The notes: a model not told the origin generated them from the sequence alone. Shown: positions 39,173 through 47,733, counted from the first letter of the stretch. The stretch: DNA of 64,000 nucleotides from a virus (IMGVR_UViG_3300010397_000044:14735-78734), one strand, 5' to 3'. Numbers and translations are program-made.

Positions 39173-40150
39173 ATGATAAAATACATTTTAGGTCTTTGTT
39201 TGCTCGTAAAAGGATTTATAGGGGAGAGTCAAACTTTTGTCAAAAAGGTGGGTGATATAGTGGGAAATCAAACCGTCATAAGCGTTCCTGTTGCGACCGG
39301 TAGCCCAACAAAGCAAGCACTTATTTACTACCCGGATGATTATTTTAAAGACACTACAAAAACCTTCCCCGTATATTTTTTCTTACACGGCGCTGGGGAG
39401 GCAGGTACAGATATAACAAAAGTTACGAACACCTCGTTGCCTAGTCTTATTAAGGCAGGATTGAAGCCGTATAATATCGTAGGAAAAGATACAATAAAAT
39501 GGATAGTTATTAGCCCGCAGTGTAGTGAACCCGGGGGGAATTGTAGTTATTCGTGGCCTCAACTTAGGTACACCATCCCATATTGCTTGCAGAAATTCAG
39601 GATAAATAAGAACTGTGTTTGGGGCGGTGGCTTGTCTATGGGGGGCTCAGCTACTTTCTCTTTAGGAATGGCAGATACAGGATGGACTATGACTTACATG
39701 ACTGGGTTAATGCCATTTTCTAATGCCGGATGGGATGATAATTTAGCCAAGTATGGCCCCAATCTTGCCTATTGTTTGAAGAAAGGATTGGCTGTGCTAT
39801 ATGTTATCGGAGATCAGGATCCCGGCTGGAACCCTAATGCATTTGGGGCGTATGATAAATTGATGAGCGCAAATGCCCTCCCCGGTCTTTATAGAGATAG
39901 CGTAATAAAAGGTGGTACACATAGCGCTAATGTTTGGAATACACCGTTCCCTTTTACGTCTCGCCTTTGGTCTAAAACCCAAAATTCATGGGATTTAATG
40001 TGGTCTTTCCGAAAAAACGCCAATGTGGTTGCGCCTCCGCCGGTCGTGATACCGCCCCCAACTAACCCACCTGCATCATTGCCTTATCCGGTTCGTATTG
40101 TAGTGAAGTACAGTGATAGTTCTTGTCAAATAATTTACATGAAACCATGA
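39173..40150 (+). CDS. exported alpha/beta-hydrolase (esterase-like)
   Basis: PVYFFLHGAGE; nucleophile elbow GLSMGG; GDQD; GGTH; signal peptide ending ES/Q. Confidence 0.8.
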   Translation: MIKYILGLCLLVKGFIGESQTFVKKVGDIVGNQTVISVPVATGSPTKQALIYYPDDYFKDTTKTFPVYFFLHGAGEAGTDITKVTNTSLPSLIKAGLKPYNIVGKDTIKWIVISPQCSEPGGNCSYSWPQLRYTIPYCLQKFRINKNCVWGGGLSMGGSATFSLGMADTGWTMTYMTGLMPFSNAGWDDNLAKYGPNLAYCLKKGLAVLYVIGDQDPGWNPNAFGAYDKLMSANALPGLYRDSVIKGGTHSANVWNTPFPFTSRLWSKTQNSWDLMWSFRKNANVVAPPPVVIPPPTNPPASLPYPVRIVVKYSDSSCQIIYMKP

Positions 40151-41784
40151 GGGTACTAATATTCCTGCTAATATGCATTGGGATTCTAAGCTTCAAGATA
40201 GCTAAGGATAGGTATGTAGAATATAGAGATTTTAAGCGCATGTACGCCGGTATATACGTTACCAAAGTTGCAGCGGCAGAATATTTGGTTGCTTATCTTT
40301 ATAGCGATAGTACGGTAAGAGCCTATATAAATGACGTTGGGGCATCAGTGCATTTCATTCCTTATGTATTTGGAGGTAGAAAGGCTATAGATGTTGCCCC
40401 AGCTTTCAACCATGTCATGATTTTGGATGATCAGCATTACGTTTGGAGAAATACCCCGTCCGGGACGCCAGCAGGACCAGCATGTACAAGATATGATACA
40501 GATACAGCAGGAAATCAATTCAATTATTCTTATAAACTATATGCGTATTTCGATTGCTACCTAACAACAACGCAAAATAACGATTCATTAATTTATTGGG
40601 CCACTACCGATGGTCTTAGATGGATAGACGGTACCGGCACAAGAACCTGCAAGCCCTTCCTTATTTGGCAACCCCCGTCCGGAAGAACGATTAAGAAAGT
40701 GGCAATGGGGTTGACCGTGTCTGTATTGCTGGATAATGGGGATGTATACGAAAGGGGAACTGGCGGTAGCTCTTTTGCTAAAGTAACGCTTCCGGCTGGA
40801 TCATATTGTACAGACGTGTATTGTTCATACAAAGATTTTAGGACATACATTCTACATAATTACGCTGGTGGGGACCCTACCTTGGGGGTTCTCGCTTGGG
40901 CTGGTTCTCGATCAGGATTCTTTGGAGATAACCAATCAAGATCAAGTCCTTTCATTCTGTCATGGCCTTTCCCTAATCACCTAAAGATGTTAGGTGGTGA
41001 TGATAACACGGCAATTATGATAGATTCAGCCGGAAGGATGTGGGGAAATGGGGACAATCCACAAGGAGAAGTAGGTAACGGATCAGAGATAGTAAATAGG
41101 TATGATTATCATAACTTTTGCTGTTATACGCCCTATGCATGGTCAACTGATGAAGGACAGAACCCTGTTGCTCCGGCTGTTGAAATAGGAATTGGACAGA
41201 CGTGGAAATATATAGCTGATGAAAAAGGATTTGCCTTCCATCACTTCGCCATTACAACTAACGATTCATTGTATAGATGGGGGCGTAGTAAAAGCTTCGA
41301 CTTATGGCCATACGCCTCCAATAATGAAGCCACATATCCAAATAATTGGGACATTCTATCTCCCACTCAATACACTCTTTTAGCTACTCCAACTGGGTCG
41401 TATATCACATTCATTTTACCAAGAGTTCATTGTGTGGCAGGACAGCCAACCAATTCAACCGTATCGACTAGTACAAGCAGCATAAGCCTTGGGGGGCTGG
41501 ATACGGCTAATTTTTCTGGCCCCGTAGGTTATTCAATCTCATCCTATCAATGGAGTCTGAAAACCAAACCGGGCAGTGCGCCAAATCCTACCTATACATC
41601 TGCCACATCCCAGACTACTACGATAAACGGATTACAGAATGGTCAATACCAATTTTATAAGAAAATGACAGATAATAACACCGGTATTTGGGCCGACAGC
41701 GTTACCGTAAATGTGAATATCGTATCTGGTTGCGGGGGATGTACGGTTTTAAAACAAGTGAGAACCTTCAAAAGAGTGCCCTAG
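40147..41784 (+). CDS. exported RCC1/BLIP-II-like beta-propeller protein with C-terminal PKD-like domain
   Basis: Start MRVLIFLLICIGILSF; GRMWGNGDNPQGEVGNG RCC1-type repeat; ISSYQWS..TTINGLQNGQYQF..TDN..ADSVTVNV. Confidence 0.65.
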   Translation: MRVLIFLLICIGILSFKIAKDRYVEYRDFKRMYAGIYVTKVAAAEYLVAYLYSDSTVRAYINDVGASVHFIPYVFGGRKAIDVAPAFNHVMILDDQHYVWRNTPSGTPAGPACTRYDTDTAGNQFNYSYKLYAYFDCYLTTTQNNDSLIYWATTDGLRWIDGTGTRTCKPFLIWQPPSGRTIKKVAMGLTVSVLLDNGDVYERGTGGSSFAKVTLPAGSYCTDVYCSYKDFRTYILHNYAGGDPTLGVLAWAGSRSGFFGDNQSRSSPFILSWPFPNHLKMLGGDDNTAIMIDSAGRMWGNGDNPQGEVGNGSEIVNRYDYHNFCCYTPYAWSTDEGQNPVAPAVEIGIGQTWKYIADEKGFAFHHFAITTNDSLYRWGRSKSFDLWPYASNNEATYPNNWDILSPTQYTLLATPTGSYITFILPRVHCVAGQPTNSTVSTSTSSISLGGLDTANFSGPVGYSISSYQWSLKTKPGSAPNPTYTSATSQTTTINGLQNGQYQFYKKMTDNNTGIWADSVTVNVNIVSGCGGCTVLKQVRTFKRVP

Positions 41785-42015
41785 ATGGAAAAGGAATTTC
41801 TTCAATACGGAGTATTGGGAATGGTGGCAGTGGGGTTAAGTTGGTTCATTATGTATCTTATAAAGGATCATAGAAAAGAGAGAAAAGAATGGAGGGAATT
41901 TCAGGAAAAGCAAATGGATAGAATAATGGAACAAGGAGATGAGAGTAACAAAGTAATAAGAGAACATTCTAATCTATTATCAGGAATAAAAGCCTTACTC
42001 GAAAACCGTAATTGA
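41785..42015 (+). CDS. holin-like membrane protein (1 TM plus coiled coil)
   Basis: LQYGVLGMVAVGLSWFIMYLI then charged coiled coil (BhlA-like architecture). Confidence 0.55.
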   Translation: MEKEFLQYGVLGMVAVGLSWFIMYLIKDHRKERKEWREFQEKQMDRIMEQGDESNKVIREHSNLLSGIKALLENRN

Positions 42016-42016
42016 A

Positions 42017-42319
42017 ATGGGTAATTTTATAGTTACTGAAATCCTATTTGGCATTGTATGGATCATTGGAGCCTTGGTATTAAGGGAGTTTGTTATCTCC
42101 AAGGATGGAATGCTTAGAAAGATCATGATTGCCTATTTCGCCGTGGAAGTATTCACCTATTTGGGAGCGGCTATTTACTTTCTGGCCATAGAAGAAAAGT
42201 GGTCGGATATGTCGATTAACACATTCAGAATAGTTGTAATTACTCCAAAAGTTTTTGTTAAATTGTGGTTACTTTGGTATCTTAAATCCGGTAGAAAAAA
42301 GCTAAAATCCTCAATATGA
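42017..42319 (+). CDS. membrane protein (3 TM), lysis cassette
   Basis: Three hydrophobic segments and a basic C-terminus. Confidence 0.55.
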   Translation: MGNFIVTEILFGIVWIIGALVLREFVISKDGMLRKIMIAYFAVEVFTYLGAAIYFLAIEEKWSDMSINTFRIVVITPKVFVKLWLLWYLKSGRKKLKSSI

Positions 42320-42666
42320 GCCCCTTCTTGGAAGAATTATTGGGCAAAAACAACCAGCCGGGTGTTATGCTGGCTGCATTCGTTTTCGCCCTCATTGGTC
42401 ATGCTATCGTATTATTGGGTGGAACCATGCTTAGGGTACCTAAGTCGCCCGATAGCCCCGAAAAGTTTTCCCTCTCTTATCTTCTCTACGACAACGCTAA
42501 ACGTATTCTTTATGTCCTGCTGCTTATAGTGGTAGGCATTCGCTTTTTACCAGATTTCACAGGGATGCAGGTAACCGGATGGGGAGGTTTTTTAGTTGGG
42601 TCTGGTTTGGACATCATCGCACTTGTAATTAAGCAACGGACCAAACTGTTAGACCCCAAATCTTGA
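42316..42666 (+). CDS. putative holin (3 TM)
   Basis: Hydrophobic segments with a basic tail, within the lysis cassette. Confidence 0.5.
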   Translation: MSPFLEELLGKNNQPGVMLAAFVFALIGHAIVLLGGTMLRVPKSPDSPEKFSLSYLLYDNAKRILYVLLLIVVGIRFLPDFTGMQVTGWGGFLVGSGLDIIALVIKQRTKLLDPKS

Positions 42667-43334
42667 AAACTTTTGCACGATATGGTATTGTAACGGTTGT
42701 GGCTCTTCTATGCTTTTGGTTTTGGCTTCAGAAGTGCAATAACGTTCCCGGGCCAGATCATACCCAAGACAAGGTATTTGTAGATAGTGTCACCAATATG
42801 GTAAAGGGGAAGTTGGCCGAATTTCAGCACGTCTATGATTCGGTGAAGGCCGCCAATGTGGTATTGCAGAAAGATAAGGATAGCCTTGTAGGAGTAGTAG
42901 CCGCATATAAAATAGACCTCAAATCCAAAGGCAACGATATTCAGGATTTAATAAACTCATTAGACGAATCAGAGGACGCCAAGGACACGCTCCGACAGCT
43001 TACCTTATGTGATAGCCTCAAAGGCCAATTCGCTTCAGCCAAGGGGCTAGTAGGGGCCTATATCCACGCAAACGATAGCCTTTCAGCCCTCAATAACCAG
43101 ATCATAACTTCAAAGGATGCCATCATAGGCCGGTTAAACGGTATGTTCACGGATGCCAATAATTCCCTATTTCAGGTAGGGTTAAAATATGACCAATTAT
43201 ACGCAGATTATAAACGATTAAACGTCAAGCCAAAAAGATTTGGTATTGGGCCTTCAATTGGGTATTATGCTACCCCGAACGGATTAAAACCGGGCCTTGG
43301 CATATCTTTTACGTTTAGTATAATTAAATTCTGA
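42663..43334 (+). CDS. putative spanin-like protein
   Basis: N-terminal TM, long coiled coil, C-terminal amphipathic beta strands ending in Phe. Confidence 0.5.
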   Translation: MKTFARYGIVTVVALLCFWFWLQKCNNVPGPDHTQDKVFVDSVTNMVKGKLAEFQHVYDSVKAANVVLQKDKDSLVGVVAAYKIDLKSKGNDIQDLINSLDESEDAKDTLRQLTLCDSLKGQFASAKGLVGAYIHANDSLSALNNQIITSKDAIIGRLNGMFTDANNSLFQVGLKYDQLYADYKRLNVKPKRFGIGPSIGYYATPNGLKPGLGISFTFSIIKF

Positions 43335-43386
43335 TTATGCAGCACGAAACACACTCTGAAACTATTCAAAGCCAATATATTCAGCC

Positions 43387-43680
43387 ATGGAACCCTCCTA
43401 TTTTGACCGATTTTTCCAATTTGCGAAAGGCTGCATTCAAGAAAAGTTTACTACGGCTTTCAAAGGATGTTGCCTTGGCCTTATTGGAAGTCTTAATATT
43501 TTCTGGAATGGGGCGTTTGCTTCATCTGTGGTGATTTATATCCTTAAAGGATTTGGAACAATAATGTTAACGGCGGGGACTACTTTAACGACTTGCTATA
43601 TATCTCATAAATTTGACCAATGGAAAGAGAAAAAAAGCCAAAGTCAAAAAAGAACAAAAAGAAAGAATAAAGCAGCTTAA
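43387..43680 (+). CDS. membrane protein (2 TM, basic tail)
   Basis: Hydrophobic segments followed by KEKKSQSQKRTKRKNKAA. Confidence 0.5.
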   Translation: MEPSYFDRFFQFAKGCIQEKFTTAFKGCCLGLIGSLNIFWNGAFASSVVIYILKGFGTIMLTAGTTLTTCYISHKFDQWKEKKSQSQKRTKRKNKAA

Positions 43681-43695
43681 CAAAAATTACCTCAT

Positions 43696-43833
43696 ATGAA
43701 TTATCACAAAGGGAAGAGAATTAAGGGCGAAAAGCCAATCCCTAAACCAAAGCCAGATGATGGAGCTACTACGCAAGATGAAGGAAGTAATCCAAATCCG
43801 CCACCACCCAAGCCACCACCGCCGGGACACTAA
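43696..43833 (+). CDS. proline-rich peptide (45 aa, not in ORF track)
   Basis: MNYHKGKRIKGEKPIPKPKPDDGATTQDEGSNPNPPPPKPPPPGH; ATG 15 nt after the previous stop. Confidence 0.45.
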   Translation: MNYHKGKRIKGEKPIPKPKPDDGATTQDEGSNPNPPPPKPPPPGH

Positions 43834-44257
43834 TAAGAGGCGTGTAATATGGATCGTGGCGCTCTTATTGATCTCGATAGAGATTACTGAAATTCCTACG
43901 TACCTTAGCTACTGGCGGCCTGAGGTAATGAAGAACGAAGTGGATTGGTTTTGGCTCAGTTCATTTCACTACAAAATGGCCGAATACTGGTATTGGAAAG
44001 AAACGGCTTGCGGATTGGCTTGGATTATACGAATGATCGCATTTACTAAGACGGCAGTACAATATAGTACCACCGTCTTTTTGGCGTCTCTTCTTATATT
44101 GGGGCACATGATATTCAACTTGATAGCTTTTTGGGTAAATTACAATGCGTGTGCGTGGGTGTATGAATTCATGATATTGTTTATTTACATCGTTGGGAGA
44201 TCGTTAGTGAGACCATTCAAGCCAGATGCTTTTTGTAAAGTAAAGTCATTGTTCTGA
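43757..44257 (+). CDS. multi-pass membrane protein
   Basis: About 4 hydrophobic helices; 5' end overlaps the Pro-rich ORF, so the start is uncertain. Confidence 0.55.
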   Translation: MMELLRKMKEVIQIRHHPSHHRRDTNKRRVIWIVALLLISIEITEIPTYLSYWRPEVMKNEVDWFWLSSFHYKMAEYWYWKETACGLAWIIRMIAFTKTAVQYSTTVFLASLLILGHMIFNLIAFWVNYNACAWVYEFMILFIYIVGRSLVRPFKPDAFCKVKSLF

Positions 44258-44298
44258 CACGTTGGGAAAACTATATTACTTCATTTAAACACTTAGTT

Positions 44299-44436
44299 AT
44301 GTTGTATTACATTGGGGGATTGATTATAGTATTCGGGGTTGGATTTTTTATAGGCGCAAATAACCCTCCGCGCCAAATCTTGCAAAAATTATTGAACAAG
44401 CACAAAGATTCCATTGATAAAATAATGAAAAGCTAA
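44299..44436 (+). CDS. small membrane protein (45 aa)
   Basis: MLYYIGGLIIVFGVGFFIGANN...; TAATG coupling to the endolysin. Confidence 0.55.
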   Translation: MLYYIGGLIIVFGVGFFIGANNPPRQILQKLLNKHKDSIDKIMKS

Positions 44437-44900
44437 TGGACGAAAGATCATTAAAGGAACTTAATACACTCCATCCTAAATTTAGGCAATCAGCTATAGA
44501 TGCATGGACAGAGGCCCAAGCCGCAATGCCAGACAATGTGAAGATTGTAGTAACTCAAGGATTGAGAACATTTGAGGAAAGCGATAAGTTATACGCTCAA
44601 GGAAGAACAGCGCCGGGGCCAAAAGTTACTAATTCCGCTGCTGGGCAATCTTACCATAATTATGGGCTGGCCTTCGATTTTTCAATGATAACCAATGGAA
44701 AAACAGATTGGGTGCTTGGGCCTAATTGGATGAAAGTAGTTGAAATCATGAAAAAGCATGGAATGGCGTGGGGTGGTGATTTCAAATCAATAGTTGATAA
44801 TCCACACTTTGAAAATCGGTTTGGCTTTAATTGGCGACAATTGCTGGCTAAACACAAAGCGGGAGACTTTATCACCGGCACACAATACGTTAATATTTAA
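44436..44900 (+). CDS. endolysin, M15 family L-Ala-D-Glu peptidase
   Basis: QGLRTFEESDKLYAQGRT, SYHNYGLAFD, WGGDF..D.PHFE. Confidence 0.92.
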   Translation: MDERSLKELNTLHPKFRQSAIDAWTEAQAAMPDNVKIVVTQGLRTFEESDKLYAQGRTAPGPKVTNSAAGQSYHNYGLAFDFSMITNGKTDWVLGPNWMKVVEIMKKHGMAWGGDFKSIVDNPHFENRFGFNWRQLLAKHKAGDFITGTQYVNI

Positions 44901-44934
44901 TACTGTTCATAGGGATACAAAAGGGTTATTGAAA

Positions 44935-44970
44935 AGGCCGTAGTCTATTTAGATTATGGCCTCATTTTTT
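44935..44970 (+). terminator. intrinsic terminator ending the late operon
   Basis: ggccgtagtct-attt-agattatggcc followed by a T-run. Confidence 0.7.
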
Positions 44971-45057
44971 AGGGGGAAGTGGGTAATTATGGGATTTGGT
45001 GGAAGTTTTCTGAAAATAAATTTGGAAAAAGGGAAAAGAATATTGTACCTTAGATTC

Positions 45058-45216
45058 ATGAAAGGGAAAGAGAAATTAAAGTCGGTCAAAATAAGCGAAT
45101 CGGTTCACGAGTCCCTAAAGAATCAGGCTATATATGAAAAAACCACTGTAACAAAAATTGCAGATCGCATATTGTCACATAATCTTGAAAATATAAAATT
45201 AGTGCGCAAAAATTAA
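45058..45216 (+). CDS. ribbon-helix-helix DNA-binding protein (52 aa)
   Basis: MKGKEKLKSVKISESVHESLKNQAIYEKTTVTKIADRIL; start reassigned to 45058. Confidence 0.65.
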   Translation: MKGKEKLKSVKISESVHESLKNQAIYEKTTVTKIADRILSHNLENIKLVRKN

Positions 45217-45223
45217 TCGCATC

Positions 45224-45589
45224 ATGGACTACAAAACCGTCTACGACAAGATTATACAAACTTATTATAGAGATGAAATAAAGCCAATGGACCCGGAATT
45301 CTGTTTTTGTGGAACGATAGCCGATGGGGCTGGATGGTATGTTGGTGATGTGAATTATTCATTAAATGAATACGAACAAATGGAGCACGCTCTTTTCGTC
45401 GGTATCAAGGAAATCGATGGGCGGTATTGGAGCGTCCGAGACGAATTAGAGAACTACCCAAATATGACGGAGAGTGGAATATTTAATGGTATGGTTAAAG
45501 CACTGGAAGTGTTGAGGGGAATACACATATCAAGAGGAGAGAAGATAGATGAGGAGGTGACGTTTAAGAAAAGAGAATTACAATTGTAG
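45224..45589 (+). CDS. hypothetical protein
   Basis: ORF in operon; CFCG motif. Confidence 0.6.
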   Translation: MDYKTVYDKIIQTYYRDEIKPMDPEFCFCGTIADGAGWYVGDVNYSLNEYEQMEHALFVGIKEIDGRYWSVRDELENYPNMTESGIFNGMVKALEVLRGIHISRGEKIDEEVTFKKRELQL

Positions 45590-45592
45590 GGT

Positions 45593-45925
45593 ATGAAAAG
45601 AAGTATAGCATTAGCAATCTTTGTTTTTGGTGTATTTTCGACTTATTCCCAAGAAATAAGAAAGAAGTATATACTTCCGGGCCATTATAAAAGTCAAGGG
45701 GAGTATTACAGAACAATAGTATATTGTGACAGAAGGGATACGGTGCAGGTTAAAATATTCTATACAAATGGCGATGTTGAAGAGGGGTACAAAGAAGTGT
45801 GTAAAATGAAGGGGCGTATCTATGATGGGAAGAATATCCTCGACGCATGGAAAAGAGGATGGATATTCTATGATAAGTATGGAAGAAAAGTCACACAGAA
45901 AGTAAAATGTTATCAGCTTATTTAA
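45593..45925 (+). CDS. exported protein
   Basis: Signal peptide MKRSIALAIFVFGVFSTYS/Q. Confidence 0.6.
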   Translation: MKRSIALAIFVFGVFSTYSQEIRKKYILPGHYKSQGEYYRTIVYCDRRDTVQVKIFYTNGDVEEGYKEVCKMKGRIYDGKNILDAWKRGWIFYDKYGRKVTQKVKCYQLI

Positions 45926-46084
45926 GCTAATTGCAATAAGGAGGAGATTAGGATGATTAAGACGCAAATCTTGTGTTACTCAAGACCCTTTTTGACCGAA
46001 TTATTGCAAAACTCATTCATATGGCAACGCAATCGTTAAACGCCGGATTTATTCTTATTTCTGGCCATTTTTTAAAGTTCTTTA

Positions 46085-46338
46085 TTGGCTGTAATAGGCC
46101 GTCAAATATTTGCAAATGGTAACGTTAGGGGACGAGGCATCGAAACCTTTCGCAAAATTGTATGCTGCCCGTGGTCGAGGCCAACGGGATGGAGCTGGCT
46201 CTCGGAGGCGAATACAAACAATGTTGGCTGTAATAGTAGGATGAGGCCCCGCGAGGTAAACCTTCACTGCGATTTTAAAACTGTGGCCCTGTATTACATT
46301 ATGGTAAATCAGTTCTACAGCCAATATTGTTATTTGCT
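46085..46338 (+). ncRNA. candidate structured non-coding RNA
   Basis: 16-bp closing stem 46217-46232/46316-46331, internal hairpins, locally GC-rich, no credible ORF; strand assumed from context. Confidence 0.4.
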
Positions 46339-46369
46339 TTCAAAATGTTTTTAATTCCGTACTTTATTT

Positions 46370-46441
46370 GGAGGTCGGAGGGTTGATCTCCTCATTGGCA
46401 AGCGGGGTAATAGCCGTACTGGTTCGATTCCAGCACCTCCA
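46370..46441 (+). ncRNA. tRNA-like RNA (acceptor stem plus T-arm, no canonical anticodon arm)
   Basis: GGAGGT/ACCTCC-A stem; ctgg-TTCGATT-ccag T-arm; terminator downstream. Confidence 0.5.
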
Positions 46442-46507
46442 CAAATCTTTATGTGGCCTACACCGGGGATAGGCTCCCGGATTTTTTTACGCTAAAATCC
46501 TAAAGCC

Positions 46508-46690
46508 ATGCATACATTATACCATATTGGTGCTGTATTAATAGTTATAGCAACCGGCTTATTTCTAATGGGGAAGTTCAGTGTAAAGAAAGACCCAACA
46601 GAAGAAGAAGCTAAAGTCATTCAATTGGATGAACACGAATCTAAAATAGGAGGAGATTATCCGCCTTTAAAAAAGGCACAAAATAACTAG
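46508..46690 (+). CDS. small membrane protein
   Basis: N-terminal TM helix; own downstream hairpin. Confidence 0.55.
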   Translation: MHTLYHIGAVLIVIATGLFLMGKFSVKKDPTEEEAKVIQLDEHESKIGGDYPPLKKAQNN

Positions 46691-46881
46691 CTAAGTAGGA
46701 CGGTTGTTTTTTAAAGGGTCGGGAGCCGTTATTAATCCGGCGGCTCCCATTTTTAAACAATCCCCTTAAAGAGTCTAATAGGATAAGGTAAAATGGTCAA
46801 TGGCTTTTGATTAGCGCGGGGGGAGGGAATGGACGCCTTCCCCCTTATTTAATACGCAATAACTTTAAAAATTACTAGTCA

Positions 46882-47235
46882 ATGAAGAAAATATTTTTTA
46901 CTATCTCAGTAGCGCTTATTTCGATGGCATCCAAGGCTCAGGTATATGTCCAGTTCGTGAATACCACTTCTAAAAGAATAGTAGTGGATTTACACCTGAA
47001 GGGGGTAAAAGACACTATTCAGCCTGCTGAATCTGGTAAAAGGTTAGGCCCGTTTCGATTAATAAAGGAGAAAGAAGAGCTTTTAATTAACGACGCCTTC
47101 CCCTACAATCCGGATGTATCAAAGGATGGAGCCTATTATACCTCGGGAACATTTGTCATGCTTATCAAATGGTACCCCAAACATGGATTTATAGCCGATC
47201 TTATTAGAGTGTCGAACCAATCTCGCATGGAATAA
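46882..47235 (+). CDS. exported protein
   Basis: Signal peptide MKKIFFTISVALISMASKA/Q. Confidence 0.7.
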   Translation: MKKIFFTISVALISMASKAQVYVQFVNTTSKRIVVDLHLKGVKDTIQPAESGKRLGPFRLIKEKEELLINDAFPYNPDVSKDGAYYTSGTFVMLIKWYPKHGFIADLIRVSNQSRME

Positions 47236-47268
47236 ATTTTATAACTTTTCAATAAAACCCCCTAATGT

Positions 47269-47379
47269 ATGAAAAAGGTATTTTTTTGGATTTGTATCGT
47301 TGCTATGCTAGCTATTAGCGCTTGTGCCAGCTCCAAATCTGGATGCTATATGAGCCGAAATTTCAGTGGTACGCACTAA
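47269..47379 (+). CDS. small lipoprotein (36 aa, not in ORF track)
   Basis: MKKVFFWICIVAMLAISA-CASSKSGCYMSRNFSGTH; lipobox ISAC. Confidence 0.6.
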   Translation: MKKVFFWICIVAMLAISACASSKSGCYMSRNFSGTH

Positions 47380-47481
47380 ACTTATTGCCCCCTTCCTTAA
47401 CAGATGTGGGGCCTTTGGTTATGGACTACGCGCGTCCTGGTATTCTTGCCGGGACTTTTTTAACAGTTAAAGTATAATATA

Positions 47482-47733
47482 ATGAATGCTCAATCAATTA
47501 AAGAAATAGTCACAGAAGGAGAATTAGATGCCGTATGGGGAAGTGCAGACTTTGGGTCGCTTTCAAAACGAGAGGTGATCTACGATGGACTTTTACATTG
47601 CTTAGGTGGGTATAGGACTGGGCATACTTTGAAAGAAATATTAATCCAACTAGGCCTTGTTTATGCCAATAAATGGGACTTGACTAAAAAAGGTCGTGAA
47701 TATTTGTATTTGGCTATTACAACCAGATTATGA
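47482..47733 (+). CDS. hypothetical protein
   Basis: ORF with A-rich leader; winged-helix-like C-terminus LGLVY..WDLTKKGREYL. Confidence 0.6.
   Translation: MNAQSIKEIVTEGELDAVWGSADFGSLSKREVIYDGLLHCLGGYRTGHTLKEILIQLGLVYANKWDLTKKGREYLYLAITTRL

Noticed and set aside
4236-40850. Many antisense ORFs inside long structural genes
   Set aside because: Expected shadows of codon bias; no motifs or start contexts
46082-46354. 80-aa and 89-aa ORFs on opposite strands
   Set aside because: Atypical composition and weak starts; the region is better explained as structured RNA
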